A DNA stretch of 64,000 nt. Origin: Promethearchaeota archaeon (GTDB taxonomy: Archaea > Asgardarchaeota > Lokiarchaeia > Sigyniarchaeales > SOKP01). Position 1 is the stretch's first letter. Every line of letters begins with the position of its first letter. A program made the position numbers and the translations under genes. The notes under the pieces are model-generated. The model did no database searches and was not told the DNA's origin. It saw nothing but the letters and a program-made list of their open reading frames with translations. This document shows positions 53,843 through 64,000 of the stretch, in pieces. Location: the NCBI GenBank assembly GCA_048937405.1, contig JBHLNF010000002.1, forward strand, positions 256,001 through 320,000, in the 5' to 3' direction.

Positions 53843-53895
53843 CTATAATCTATTTTATCTCAAATATTTAAAGTCTACAAAGAAATTTCTTATAC

Positions 53896-55692
53896 CTATT
53901 TGCGTTTTTGTTGTTTTACATATAACTCATCCAGATAATTCTTAAGATTCTCATATGCCTCTTCAGGATCAACAGAAGATTCTGATATATCATCATTAAC
54001 TTCATATTCACTAGAATAATTGTCTAAATATTCGTCACCATTCAAAATCTCATTTGATTTGGCTTTATTTTTATTTATCTTGTTATTCTTCTCTCCATCT
54101 TTAATTTTTATTTTTTTTAAAAAACCAGTAAATTTTTCTATAAAATTTCTAAAATTGTGAGTTTGTTTTGTATTTTTTATTTCTACACTCTTATTTTTTA
54201 ACTGATCGAATTTTTTTAATACTCTTTCATTATTTTTATTAATTTCAGTAATCTTTAGCCATTCACGAGGAATATGAGGGACTTTTAGGAGAAATGGTCT
54301 CTCTATTGAATTCACACGAGCAATACATTGCCCCTTCTTTAAAATCGATAAATAATCTTCATGTTCTATATCCAAATTTAAAAGTTTACATAAAAATTCT
54401 TTATCCATATGAGTTTTAAAACATATTAAAACTCCACAATTTGCCAAAATCTCTTCGCTAATATCTGGGTGAGTTGCCAGTGATATCAAACATTCTCCGG
54501 TACCTCTCTGAAGTAAAGCAATATCTTCAAGATACGTGGTTAGCTTACTTTTTCGGGTAAGATCTTTTGGAGCAAAATATTGAGTATCTTCTACTATGGT
54601 TATATGCTTTATTCCTTGAAAATTATACGCTCCACGAGTAAGATTTCTGTCCCAGAGGTATTTTAAAAGCATATTCAAAAAGAAAAGAGCATCTTCCTTT
54701 TCTCCACCAAGACGGATAATTGAACTGAGATCTATCAAGATATTTCTGCTAAAAAGGGTATCAGTTTTTATTTTATGCTCAGTATCGAATAGCACTTTAA
54801 GAGGGCCTAACGAAAATCTTCGTATTCGATTGGTGATACTAATGATGGTCTGACTGAGCATAGGAATCTCCTTTTTTTTATTGATGGCATACCCATTGCA
54901 ATATTTATAAAATCCTTCCCAACTCTGAAATTGTTTCTTTTGGCACACTTTTGTTAAGATATCTACTAGAACCTTTTGCATCTGTGCGGAATATTCCTCT
55001 GTGGTATCGAGGAATTTACCACTCTTTAATATATCAAATATTCTTTCAGCATGGATTTCTGGAGGCGATGTTCCAGGATTAAAGATATTTATAGAAAAAT
55101 TCTCACCGGGACGAATAACTAACAAATCTTCAATCTTTCTCTGGAGAAAATGATATTCTCCTTTAAATTCTGCAAGCATAAATGGAATTTTATATCGTCG
55201 TATAAGATTGATTAAGAAATGTTGTAAAAAATTACTTTTACCTGTACCAGTCGCACCACAGATAAACATATGCTTCTCAAGGTCTTCGAGAGAAAGATAA
55301 AATGGTCGTTTAGTTCTCCCATTTTCTATGATGGTTCCTGCCTTAACTTTTCCCTTTCGAGACTGTAACAATGATGGTTTATCTAATTTTACAATGTCGC
55401 TTTCATAGTGAAATGAGGAACAAATAAACATTCCGGCAGAAAATAGCAGCGAAAAAAAGAATATATTGCTAAATATCCCTTTTATAGGAAACGTTGCAGA
55501 ATCAGGATTAATGGTAAGATAAGGGAGTGAACTAAGAGTGAAAATTAGAATTTCTGTTCCTAATAAACATATAAAGAACAATTTCGATAGTGTTCGTGAA
55601 CCTCCTCGCTTCCTAGTATAGTAAAAAATAACGCTATATACAATTAAAACAACAATGAGAATTATACTTATTGAATCTATGAGAGTAGACAT
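53896..55692 (-). CDS. Membrane-anchored HerA/FtsK/VirB4-like ATPase (DUF87)
   Basis: 3 N-terminal TMs, KHMFICGATGTGKS, EFKGEY, variant Walker B ITIVEDTQ, QRGTG, ATHP. Confidence 0.85.
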   Translation of the reverse strand: MSTLIDSISIILIVVLIVYSVIFYYTRKRGGSRTLSKLFFICLLGTEILIFTLSSLPYLTINPDSATFPIKGIFSNIFFFSLLFSAGMFICSSFHYESDIVKLDKPSLLQSRKGKVKAGTIIENGRTKRPFYLSLEDLEKHMFICGATGTGKSNFLQHFLINLIRRYKIPFMLAEFKGEYHFLQRKIEDLLVIRPGENFSINIFNPGTSPPEIHAERIFDILKSGKFLDTTEEYSAQMQKVLVDILTKVCQKKQFQSWEGFYKYCNGYAINKKKEIPMLSQTIISITNRIRRFSLGPLKVLFDTEHKIKTDTLFSRNILIDLSSIIRLGGEKEDALFFLNMLLKYLWDRNLTRGAYNFQGIKHITIVEDTQYFAPKDLTRKSKLTTYLEDIALLQRGTGECLISLATHPDISEEILANCGVLICFKTHMDKEFLCKLLNLDIEHEDYLSILKKGQCIARVNSIERPFLLKVPHIPREWLKITEINKNNERVLKKFDQLKNKSVEIKNTKQTHNFRNFIEKFTGFLKKIKIKDGEKNNKINKNKAKSNEILNGDEYLDNYSSEYEVNDDISESSVDPEEAYENLKNYLDELYVKQQKRK

Positions 55693-55811
55693 GTGACTTT
55701 TAATTGGTGTAGGATATTAAAAATAGCACGAAAAATGCTTATAATCCAATTTTCCTCAAACTAATGGGAATATAGTAAAAGATGTAGAGCCTACTTCTCA
55801 CCAATAATATT

Positions 55812-57055
55812 GGACTTTATATACGAAAAATGAATGCTAAGTTAAGGATTTAGTAAAATTATTAAATAAAAGATTATAGAAATTGAAGTGAATTAAGAAT
55901 TAACAATATAAAAATTTAAAAAAGAGGAAAAAAATGTTTTTGGAAGAAAAATGTAATAGGGATACGTGTGGAATTGCCTGTTTAACAAAATGTTATTATA
56001 TGGACTATTCAGAGCAACAGGCAAAAGAAGAATTTGAAAAATTAATAAGAGGTGAACTGTCTCCTGTAACATCGGAATGTATTACATGCTGTGCGTGCAC
56101 AATGTATTGCCCACATGGTGCAGATCCTTTTGATCTCATCAGCAGGAGAATGGAAGAAACAGGAACATTTATTGGGGATGAACGTGCAGTCAATCAAACG
56201 AAAATGGCTAATTTAATGCCATCATCTGTAAAAAAAGGGGATCCTGATAAGCCTATAATGAATCTTTGCACAGTTAATTTGATTGCAGGGTCAATTGAGG
56301 GACAATTATTTGAAGGATTAACCCTTCTTCAAGGAGGAGATTATTTCTGTCAAATTGGAGGATATCATGCCGGATTACCAAGTATGGTGAGAGAAAATGC
56401 CCAGAAATTCATTACTACCCTTACAAAAGTCGCTTCTGATGATAATTATGTAATTTGCTTCCATGACGATTGCTTTATGATGCTGGAACATTATGCAAAA
56501 GATTTTGGGATAGAAGTTCCGTTTAGATATATGCATATCATTGAATATCTTCGAGATTATGTGAAAAAGAATCCCGATAAAATTAAGAAACTCAACATGA
56601 AAGTGGCATACCAGCAACCATGCGCGTCTCGTATAGGATGGGATGCTTTCAGGAAAAAAGACAAAACACTTGATGAGTTATTCGATTTATTGGGTGTTGA
56701 AAGAGTAGCTCGAAAATATGATCGCGACGCAGCACTCTGTTGTACAGCAGTTATTTCTCCTAATGATAAATATTGGAAAATGAACATAGCCGATGCTAAA
56801 GAAGCAGGGGCAGAAGCGATGGTATTTCTCTGCCCCGTCTGTTGCTTATACCTAAGGAGCAAAGCTAAAGCAGAGGGGTTGGAACCTTATTTTCTAAGCA
56901 ATCTCGTAAGGGAAGCATTGGGTGAGAGGCTCCCCCAAGGGAAAGCCGGTAAAATTTATGAATAAAATAAAGCAAAAATACTATATTTTTTTTTAGTTGT
57001 CAAATCCAATTTATCTGTTTAGTACTAAAAATGTAGGACTTTAAATACGAAAAAT
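55812..57055. repeat. 20-bp direct repeat pair flanking the Fe-S gene
   Basis: ggactttaTatacgaaaaat (55812-55831) versus ggactttaAatacgaaaaat (57036-57055), 19/20 identical. Confidence 0.7.
55934..56965 (+). CDS. Fe-S oxidoreductase with CCG domains (HdrD/GlpC-like)
   Basis: CGIACLTKC, CITCCACTMYCP, YQQPC, LCC, CPVC. Confidence 0.85.
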   Translation: MFLEEKCNRDTCGIACLTKCYYMDYSEQQAKEEFEKLIRGELSPVTSECITCCACTMYCPHGADPFDLISRRMEETGTFIGDERAVNQTKMANLMPSSVKKGDPDKPIMNLCTVNLIAGSIEGQLFEGLTLLQGGDYFCQIGGYHAGLPSMVRENAQKFITTLTKVASDDNYVICFHDDCFMMLEHYAKDFGIEVPFRYMHIIEYLRDYVKKNPDKIKKLNMKVAYQQPCASRIGWDAFRKKDKTLDELFDLLGVERVARKYDRDAALCCTAVISPNDKYWKMNIADAKEAGAEAMVFLCPVCCLYLRSKAKAEGLEPYFLSNLVREALGERLPQGKAGKIYE

Positions 57056-57280
57056 ACAAGCTATAAGTACTGTATGATCACTATTTTTAGAAAAGAGAAC
57101 AAGAACCATAACACTTTCCCTCATTTACTTCTCTTTTCTTTTCTTCTCAAAAAATCTCTGAAAAATATAGATTTTAAGGCTTTTGACATAGAATAAATGG
57201 TCTATTGATTGTTTTATTCTCTCAATATAAATCTATTTTTACAAAAATTGACCAAAAAAAGAAAAAGAAGAAAGGGGAAA

Positions 57281-58417
57281 TTATAAAGCATTATAAAGAG
57301 CGTCAATAATTCTCTCACTTCGGGGATCTCCTGCGATGGTATTTGTCATTTTATTCATAACATAGGCAATACTTAACCTAGCATCAAGATCCATTCTGCA
57401 TACTGAACCTCCAGCTCCACCCCAATATAACACATTTTTATTTGGACCTTTAGGGCGTTCTTTTTGTTGCAACCCAAAACCCAAGCCGAAACGTACTGGT
57501 AATTGAACGACCAAATCTGTTCCATACGATTGTTCCTCTAGAGCCTTTTTAATAGTCTTTAATGAAAGTATCTGCACACCATCAAGTTCACCTCCACAGG
57601 CTATTGCTGCAGCTATTCTGGCAACAGAGCGAGCATTTCCATGACCATTTGCAGCTGGAATTTCGGCTCCACGCCAAGCGCGAGTCTTAACTTCTCCAGG
57701 AGGTATTGGAGAACTCATAACTGTTTTTATAACAACAGAATTTGGATCTAATTGTCCTAATTGGCTTAGATCTCTAGTGGGAGGAGGTATAAGTTCTCCG
57801 ACACGGGAATCATACTCTTCCGAAAGTCCGATGTGAAAGTCTGCATTGAGAGGTACAGCAACTTCTTCTCTAAAAAATGTTCCAAGGGTTTTTCCTGTTA
57901 TACGACGTACTATCTCACCTAATAAGTATCCAAAAGTTACCATATGATAACCGCTTTTGGTTCCAGGTTCCCACCATGGCTTTTGGGCAGCTAACAAGTT
58001 AACCGTTTTTTCCCAGTCATAAAGAGTCTTGATTCCAACGGGCTTATCGAAACCAGAAAGTCCCGATGTATGACTTAGTAGATACCGAACTGGTAATGTA
58101 TCTTTTCCTGCTTGGGCAAACTCAGGCCAATACTTAGCAACAGGAGCATCAAGATCTAGTTGACCTCGATCAACAAGCATGAGGGTGCATATTGCGGTCA
58201 TTATTTTTGTTGTTGAATAGACATTCACAATTGTATCCTTTTCCCATGGTTTTGTTTGGGCAACGTCAGAATGTCCCGCCCACATATCTATTATGAATTT
58301 GCCATTTAACGTTGCTGCAAATGAAGCTCCAACCTCTAAATCCTCTTCGAAATTTTGAGCAAAAGCGTCTTTCACCGCGTTAAATTGGTCATCACAAAAT
58401 CCATGAATTTCAACCAT
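57281..58417 (-). CDS. Serine hydrolase, beta-lactamase-related esterase family
   Basis: YSTTK (SxxK), LLSHTSGL, PWWEPG..GYH, WGGAGGS. Confidence 0.93.
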   Translation of the reverse strand: MVEIHGFCDDQFNAVKDAFAQNFEEDLEVGASFAATLNGKFIIDMWAGHSDVAQTKPWEKDTIVNVYSTTKIMTAICTLMLVDRGQLDLDAPVAKYWPEFAQAGKDTLPVRYLLSHTSGLSGFDKPVGIKTLYDWEKTVNLLAAQKPWWEPGTKSGYHMVTFGYLLGEIVRRITGKTLGTFFREEVAVPLNADFHIGLSEEYDSRVGELIPPPTRDLSQLGQLDPNSVVIKTVMSSPIPPGEVKTRAWRGAEIPAANGHGNARSVARIAAAIACGGELDGVQILSLKTIKKALEEQSYGTDLVVQLPVRFGLGFGLQQKERPKGPNKNVLYWGGAGGSVCRMDLDARLSIAYVMNKMTNTIAGDPRSERIIDALYNAL

Positions 58418-58559
58418 AATTTTTCACATTCAATTATTTAATTTAATTTGTAGGGGAGAATTTATTTTAAGTTTTCATTTTCTCCAAAATTTGGTGAAAA
58501 AATATCTAGTTTATTAATCCGAGGTTGATTAATATACATAAAACATTAATGTTAGAATT

Positions 58560-60101
58560 ATGAAAACTATAGTAAATACTTCTTTAGGAGAAATTGAAGG
58601 TATTCAAGAATCAGGCCATCAATCGTTTTTGGGGATTCGTTATGCTAAACCACCCGTGAATGAATTACGTTTTTCTACTCCTCTCCCAATTGAAGCATGG
58701 GACGGAACTTATGATGCGACTCATTTTGGTCATAATGCTCCTCAATTTGATAGGGGTATAGGATATTTTAAAGATAATTCTGAAGATTGTTTATTTTTGA
58801 ATGTGTATACTCCTAAGGCTGATGACGCAAAAAGGCCTGTAATGGTATGGATCCATGGTGGGGGTTTTGTATTTGGAACAGGGGCAACCGTAGGGTATGG
58901 AAAAAAAATAGTTCCAAGAGGTAATATTGTTTTGGTCACAATCAATTATCGATTAGGAGTTTTTGGCTTTTTTAATTGGCCTGATTTAACAAAAAATAAC
59001 GGATTGCTAGATCAAATTTGTGCTCTTGAATGGGTTAGAGATAATATTCGATATTTCGGAGGGGATAATACTAATGTAACGATTTTTGGGCAATCTTCTG
59101 GTGGAAGGGCAGTAACTACATTACTAACAATGCCTTCAGCAAAGGGATTATTCCACAAAGCAATCCCCCAAAGTGGTACCGCACATCCTTATGCGTATGA
59201 TACTAAGCCGAGTAAGGAAGCTTCAAGAGTCGTGTTTGATGTATTAGGAATTAAAACGGGGGATATCGATTCATTAAGAGAAGTAGAATGGTCCGAATTG
59301 AAAAAGGCTCAGGCTGAAATTTTTAGTAAACTAGATCCGAAAGAACATCGAATTATGTTTCCTTTTAGACCCGTACTTGATAAAGATACTATTCCAGTTG
59401 TACCCTTGGATGCCATTCGGAATGGATATGCAAAAAATATTCCGTTACTTATCGGAAACACATTGGACGAAAGGAAAATTTATAATAGAGGATTAATCCG
59501 GGCAAACCAAGTTGCATTAATACATAGACGACATGAAAACACAGATGATGCGAGGCTTTTAAAATTTGCTAATAGATATATGAAATACTACGGTAAAACA
59601 GAAGATGATGCAAAAGACTTAATTGAAACGTACAAAAAATCTAGAAAGGGTAAGTTACCAATAGAGTCCTATGAACTTGAATATGTTATCAATACTGATG
59701 AGGCATATCGAATACCAGTCATCCGAATTGCTGAAGCACAAAGCCAAAATCAACAAAATACTTATTGCTACCTATTTGGGTTCAAATCACCCGTCTATGA
59801 GGATTTGCTAGGTGCATGTCATATAATTGATTTACCATTTATTTTCGGCACTTATGATAATTCAGATCCGAATACAGAAGTAATGGTTGGAACCAATATA
59901 GAGGTACTTGAACCTTTTTCAAACATAATCATGGATACATGGATAGCATTTGCTAAAAATGGAGACCCGAATCACCGAGGGCTTCCCAAGTGGCCACAAT
60001 ACGATCTGAATAACCGTGCTACAATGATCCTCAAACCAAATCCAGAGGTTGTCAATGCCCCAATGGACGAGGTACGCGCTGCATGGGAAAAAGTTTTCTA
60101 A
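58560..60101 (+). CDS. Type B carboxylesterase
   Basis: SEDCLFLNVY, WIHGGGF, NYRLG, FGQSSG, GACH. Confidence 0.95.
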   Translation: MKTIVNTSLGEIEGIQESGHQSFLGIRYAKPPVNELRFSTPLPIEAWDGTYDATHFGHNAPQFDRGIGYFKDNSEDCLFLNVYTPKADDAKRPVMVWIHGGGFVFGTGATVGYGKKIVPRGNIVLVTINYRLGVFGFFNWPDLTKNNGLLDQICALEWVRDNIRYFGGDNTNVTIFGQSSGGRAVTTLLTMPSAKGLFHKAIPQSGTAHPYAYDTKPSKEASRVVFDVLGIKTGDIDSLREVEWSELKKAQAEIFSKLDPKEHRIMFPFRPVLDKDTIPVVPLDAIRNGYAKNIPLLIGNTLDERKIYNRGLIRANQVALIHRRHENTDDARLLKFANRYMKYYGKTEDDAKDLIETYKKSRKGKLPIESYELEYVINTDEAYRIPVIRIAEAQSQNQQNTYCYLFGFKSPVYEDLLGACHIIDLPFIFGTYDNSDPNTEVMVGTNIEVLEPFSNIIMDTWIAFAKNGDPNHRGLPKWPQYDLNNRATMILKPNPEVVNAPMDEVRAAWEKVF

Positions 60102-60143
60102 ATTAAATTTTTTTTTATAACACTTTTACTTGAGATTAAAATT

Positions 60144-61604
60144 ATGGGGGAAAAAAAGATAAAAAAAAACCGATTGGAGGAATTAATTGGAACAGTAAGT
60201 AAAGATCCTCACTTACTTTCTTCCCAGTTGGATTATCCATCTATTACTGAACCATTAGCTAAGTACATTTCAGAAACCCAATTTAGTACAATCCCAGACG
60301 ATATACTCGAACTTGCTAAACGCCATATCCTAGATACTTTGGCTTCAGTGGTGGTAAGTTCACAGTTAAAACCTTCTCGTCTAGCACGTCAATTTGCAAT
60401 CTTTAATGGTGGAAAAGCTGATACCGCACATTTACTTACTACAAATCAAACCACCACCTTATTGGATGCTATTTTTGCAAACGCAATAACGGCTCATGCA
60501 ACAGAAATAAATGATTTTTGCCCATCCGCATTCGTGCAACCTGGTCCTCCAATTATATCCACTGCATTATCTATTGGGGAAACTATAGGAGCATCTGGAG
60601 AAGAAATACTCAAAGCAGTTGTTATTGGTTATGAAATTGCGTGTAAACTACCAAAAGCCTTGGGAACGATGAACCTACGTACAGCGGGATTATCATCTCA
60701 TGGTGTCGGACCTACCTTTGGTTCAGCCGCAACAGCAGCATCACTTTTAAAATTACCAAAAAGGGAAATTAGATATGTTTTAGCTTATTGTGTTCAACAA
60801 GCATCAGGTTCTTTTAATTGGATTCGTGATGAAGAACATATCGAAAAAGCTTTTCTATTTGCTGGAATGCCTGCAAGAAATGGAGCTTCTGCCGCTTTAA
60901 TGGTTCATAAGGGATTTACAGGTGTAAATGATCCTTTTAAAGGAAGACCCAACTGGTTGCTCAGTTCTATTTTCATTGGAATTGATTCTGATCTTGATTT
61001 AAATAGATTAATTCATGATTTAGGAGTAGAATACGAGATGCCCTTGGTAGGGTATAAACGATATCCTGTAGGTGGTCCAGTCCAAGCCAGTGTTGAGGGA
61101 TTAATGGAGTTAATAAAAAAGGTAGACCGAACATCAATTATTAAAATTGAAATAAAGATGCCAGGAAATGTAAGCATTTTTTCTGATGCGGAAATGCCCG
61201 CATTAAATTTACGATATTTGGCAGCAGTTATTTTAGAGGATGGTGATCTATCCTTTCACATGGCACAATCTCACGAACGTATGTCCACAGAATCAATTAG
61301 AAAAAAAATGGAGTATGTTACCTTAATCCACGATCCCACTCAAGAAAAAGAACCTCGAGTAGAATCAGCACTAGTAAAAGTGACCCAAAAAAATGGTGAA
61401 AATCATGAGATTTTCATCGAACATGTCCTTGGATTCCCTGAACGCCCTATGAATCATCAAGATGTTGAAGATAAAGTGAAAAGCTTAATTACTCCGATAT
61501 TGGAATACTCAAAAGCAAATGACTTAATTGAGACAATATGGAATCTGGAATCCTTACCAAACATCCAGACCATTATTCCGTTATTAATTCCACCAAATAC
61601 TTAA
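60144..61604 (+). CDS. MmgE/PrpD family protein
   Basis: KRHILDT, AHATEINDF, GYEI, GFTG, YKRYP, GFPERPM. Confidence 0.9.
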   Translation: MGEKKIKKNRLEELIGTVSKDPHLLSSQLDYPSITEPLAKYISETQFSTIPDDILELAKRHILDTLASVVVSSQLKPSRLARQFAIFNGGKADTAHLLTTNQTTTLLDAIFANAITAHATEINDFCPSAFVQPGPPIISTALSIGETIGASGEEILKAVVIGYEIACKLPKALGTMNLRTAGLSSHGVGPTFGSAATAASLLKLPKREIRYVLAYCVQQASGSFNWIRDEEHIEKAFLFAGMPARNGASAALMVHKGFTGVNDPFKGRPNWLLSSIFIGIDSDLDLNRLIHDLGVEYEMPLVGYKRYPVGGPVQASVEGLMELIKKVDRTSIIKIEIKMPGNVSIFSDAEMPALNLRYLAAVILEDGDLSFHMAQSHERMSTESIRKKMEYVTLIHDPTQEKEPRVESALVKVTQKNGENHEIFIEHVLGFPERPMNHQDVEDKVKSLITPILEYSKANDLIETIWNLESLPNIQTIIPLLIPPNT

Positions 61605-61822
61605 TCATTCTGATTTTTTGCTAGTATTTTTAAAATTTTACCCAAAAACTCAATTGGAAAAAAATGGTAAATTTAATGTCTAATTTCAATGAAAATTCTT
61701 TTAAAAAATTTTAGGAACATTTTAGGAATATATGGATTTACTAATTAAGATGATTATTGTAAATGATAAACTAAAAACAAAATAAAAAGAAGATATAATA
61801 AAATTGGTTGATATTTAATGAG

Positions 61823-63856
61823 TTATTTATCAAGGTTATATGCAACTTCAAATCCTTCATGTACAGCCTCCAGCATTGTCCTCGGTTCTTTACTATCCCC
61901 TATATTAAACAGTTTGAATGAGGGATTCGTGGATTTTATTTTTTCATAAAGGTCGGTATTACTTTTCACGCCGGTTGCGAGGATAAATGTATCAACATTA
62001 TCAATTGTATGGATTTCTTGACCCTGATCGGGAATATTAATCCTGTATTCAATTGAATTTCCCTCGAATTTTATAATTTCTACGTTCAAAATCTCTTTTA
62101 TCTGTAATTTTTTTGAAATACCGATTAAATATCCTCTTGTTGTTCGTCCCACATTCATAGCCAGTTTCGGCAAAACATCTATTATGGTAACATTTCGATT
62201 TCCTTTTAGCCATCGTTTGATAATTTCCTCTTGGGGTATTAATTCATAAAAACTAAGGAAATGTGCAATATCGGAATTAATCGCTCCCAATTCAGCAGCC
62301 CAAATTGCTGTCTCTAAACCGGTTGCTCCCCCGCCAACAACAACGACATTTTTACCAACAACATGATTCCCAGCTAAGGCTTCCTCTGCAGAACACATAT
62401 CACTCCCATTTGATCCGTCAATACCAGGAATATCAGGGATGGAAATCTTTACACCAGTTGCAAATATCACTGCATCTGGATTAAAATCGTTGATAAATTC
62501 TGGTGTTGCTTCGGTAGCCAATCGTAATTTTATATGACGATGATGGATTTGTGCTTCATAATAGCGTATCATTTCTGAGATGTTTCTTCTGCTATGGGGA
62601 ACAGCAGCAGTTTTCATCTGTCCTCCAATAGAATCACTTTTTTCTACTATGGTAACGTCATGACCCAGTATAGCAGCAATACGTGCCGCTTCAAGTCCAC
62701 CCGGACCGCTCCCAACGATTAACACTTTTTGAGGATTGTCAGTTTTCTTACTTAGGTCAATATCTCCCTCTTTTGCGGTAATATAATTTCTCATACACAC
62801 GACAGACTTACCACTGAAGATAGTGTCAAAGCATCCTTGATTACATGCCACACATTTCATAATATCCCAAAGTCGGTTTTCTCTTGCTTTATTGGGTAAT
62901 TCAGGATCAGCGATTAACGCTCTTCCCATACTAATAGCATCTACTCTTTCATCTCTTAATATTTGCTCGGCAATTAAGGGATCATTTATCCGATTCGCCA
63001 TAAAAACAGGGACATTCACCTCCTTTTTAATGTTCTCACCGAGATATACATAGGCCGCTTGTGGCACCATCATAGGGATTTGAGGAATCCGTGTCTCGTG
63101 CCACCCTCCCGTTACATTCAAAAATTCTATTCCTGCTTCTTCATAGTGTTTTGAAAATATAGGGCTTTGCGTCCAATCATTGGATCCTGGAACGAAATCA
63201 TCACCAGCAACTCGCATTCCAACTCTCATTTTACCACCAACTCTCTTTTTCATCAGTTTTATTAGCTCGAGTGGATATCTTAATCGATTTTCTAAAGATC
63301 CACCATACTCATCGGTTCTTTTGTTGATCTTTGGGCTTAAAAATTGAGTAATTAAATACCCTGCACTTCCAAGTAATTCCACTCCATCAAAACCAGCTTC
63401 CAATAAACGTTCTGCAGCTAATGCATGATCTTCCTGTATTTGTTTTATTTCATCGATTGTTAATTCCTTAGGTATCAGGCCTGTAAGGTTTGATCTCACT
63501 GCAGAAGCAGATACCGCATTTTTACCAGAAAAATATGCTCCTGAATGCATTAATTGTGCCATAACTTTAACACCATGTTTATGCATTTTTTCGGCAAAAG
63601 CGGCATATCCAGGAATTAGTTTATCATCTCCGATATATGGTGTACCTCCACTATTAGGACTAATTCCTATTCCACCAATTATAATTAATCCTGCTCCACC
63701 TTTTGCTCGTTTTTCGTAAAAATTGCTAAAAATATCAGTTACTTCTCCTTTAGGTGTATACCCCAAACCCAGAGCGGGCATAACAATTCGATTTTTTATT
63801 TCTAAATCCTGAATTTTAAAAGGTTCAAATAATTTAATGAGTTTCATTTTTTTCAC
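61823..63856 (-). CDS. fadH: 2,4-dienoyl-CoA reductase (OYE-family flavin/Fe-S oxidoreductase)
   Basis: KNRIVMP, GFDGVELLGSAGYL, NKRTDEYGGS, GWHETRIP, CVACNQGC, GSGPGG, GGGATG. Confidence 0.85.
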   Translation of the reverse strand: MKKMKLIKLFEPFKIQDLEIKNRIVMPALGLGYTPKGEVTDIFSNFYEKRAKGGAGLIIIGGIGISPNSGGTPYIGDDKLIPGYAAFAEKMHKHGVKVMAQLMHSGAYFSGKNAVSASAVRSNLTGLIPKELTIDEIKQIQEDHALAAERLLEAGFDGVELLGSAGYLITQFLSPKINKRTDEYGGSLENRLRYPLELIKLMKKRVGGKMRVGMRVAGDDFVPGSNDWTQSPIFSKHYEEAGIEFLNVTGGWHETRIPQIPMMVPQAAYVYLGENIKKEVNVPVFMANRINDPLIAEQILRDERVDAISMGRALIADPELPNKARENRLWDIMKCVACNQGCFDTIFSGKSVVCMRNYITAKEGDIDLSKKTDNPQKVLIVGSGPGGLEAARIAAILGHDVTIVEKSDSIGGQMKTAAVPHSRRNISEMIRYYEAQIHHRHIKLRLATEATPEFINDFNPDAVIFATGVKISIPDIPGIDGSNGSDMCSAEEALAGNHVVGKNVVVVGGGATGLETAIWAAELGAINSDIAHFLSFYELIPQEEIIKRWLKGNRNVTIIDVLPKLAMNVGRTTRGYLIGISKKLQIKEILNVEIIKFEGNSIEYRINIPDQGQEIHTIDNVDTFILATGVKSNTDLYEKIKSTNPSFKLFNIGDSKEPRTMLEAVHEGFEVAYNLDK

Positions 63857-64000
63857 ATTTACTTTTATATTTATTAGATATTATTAGTTTTGAACTATTA
63901 ATGAATTTTAACTCTTTTCTTTTGATAAAATTGATATAATGGATTTTAAATTAGGATCAATTCATAGAAACCTTTGTATTTAAACATAGTATCATTTATT

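Overview
AT-rich archaeal chromosome segment that reads as an Asgard archaeon of the Lokiarchaeia type. It carries a Loki-type profilin, five unprenylated Rab/Ras-like small GTPases, V4R and longin-like proteins, Cdc48, TBP, PSTK and an argS-speB-dys operon. Four things stand out. (1) An ~11.3 kb integrated element (13468-24823) is bounded by a 25-bp direct repeat overlapping the start codon of an aminopeptidase gene. It has lost its middle, with no integrase visible, and carries a 5'-truncated giant gene with polymorphic-toxin-like architecture (Ca-binding stalk, glycine-zipper hydrophobic helices, HTH, putative PD-(D/E)XK nuclease tip) followed by a candidate immunity gene. (2) A single-pass receptor has an extracellular beta-helix solenoid, a TM helix, a PCI-like winged helix and a C-terminal TIR domain, a Toll-like-receptor-like topology. 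(3) There are two GTPase-V4R-GTPase gene clusters. (4) There is an internally deleted IS200/IS605 (tnpB) relic. The right end holds catabolic enzymes. No rRNA, tRNA or CRISPR array was recognised. All assignments come from motif recognition by eye; no database search was run.
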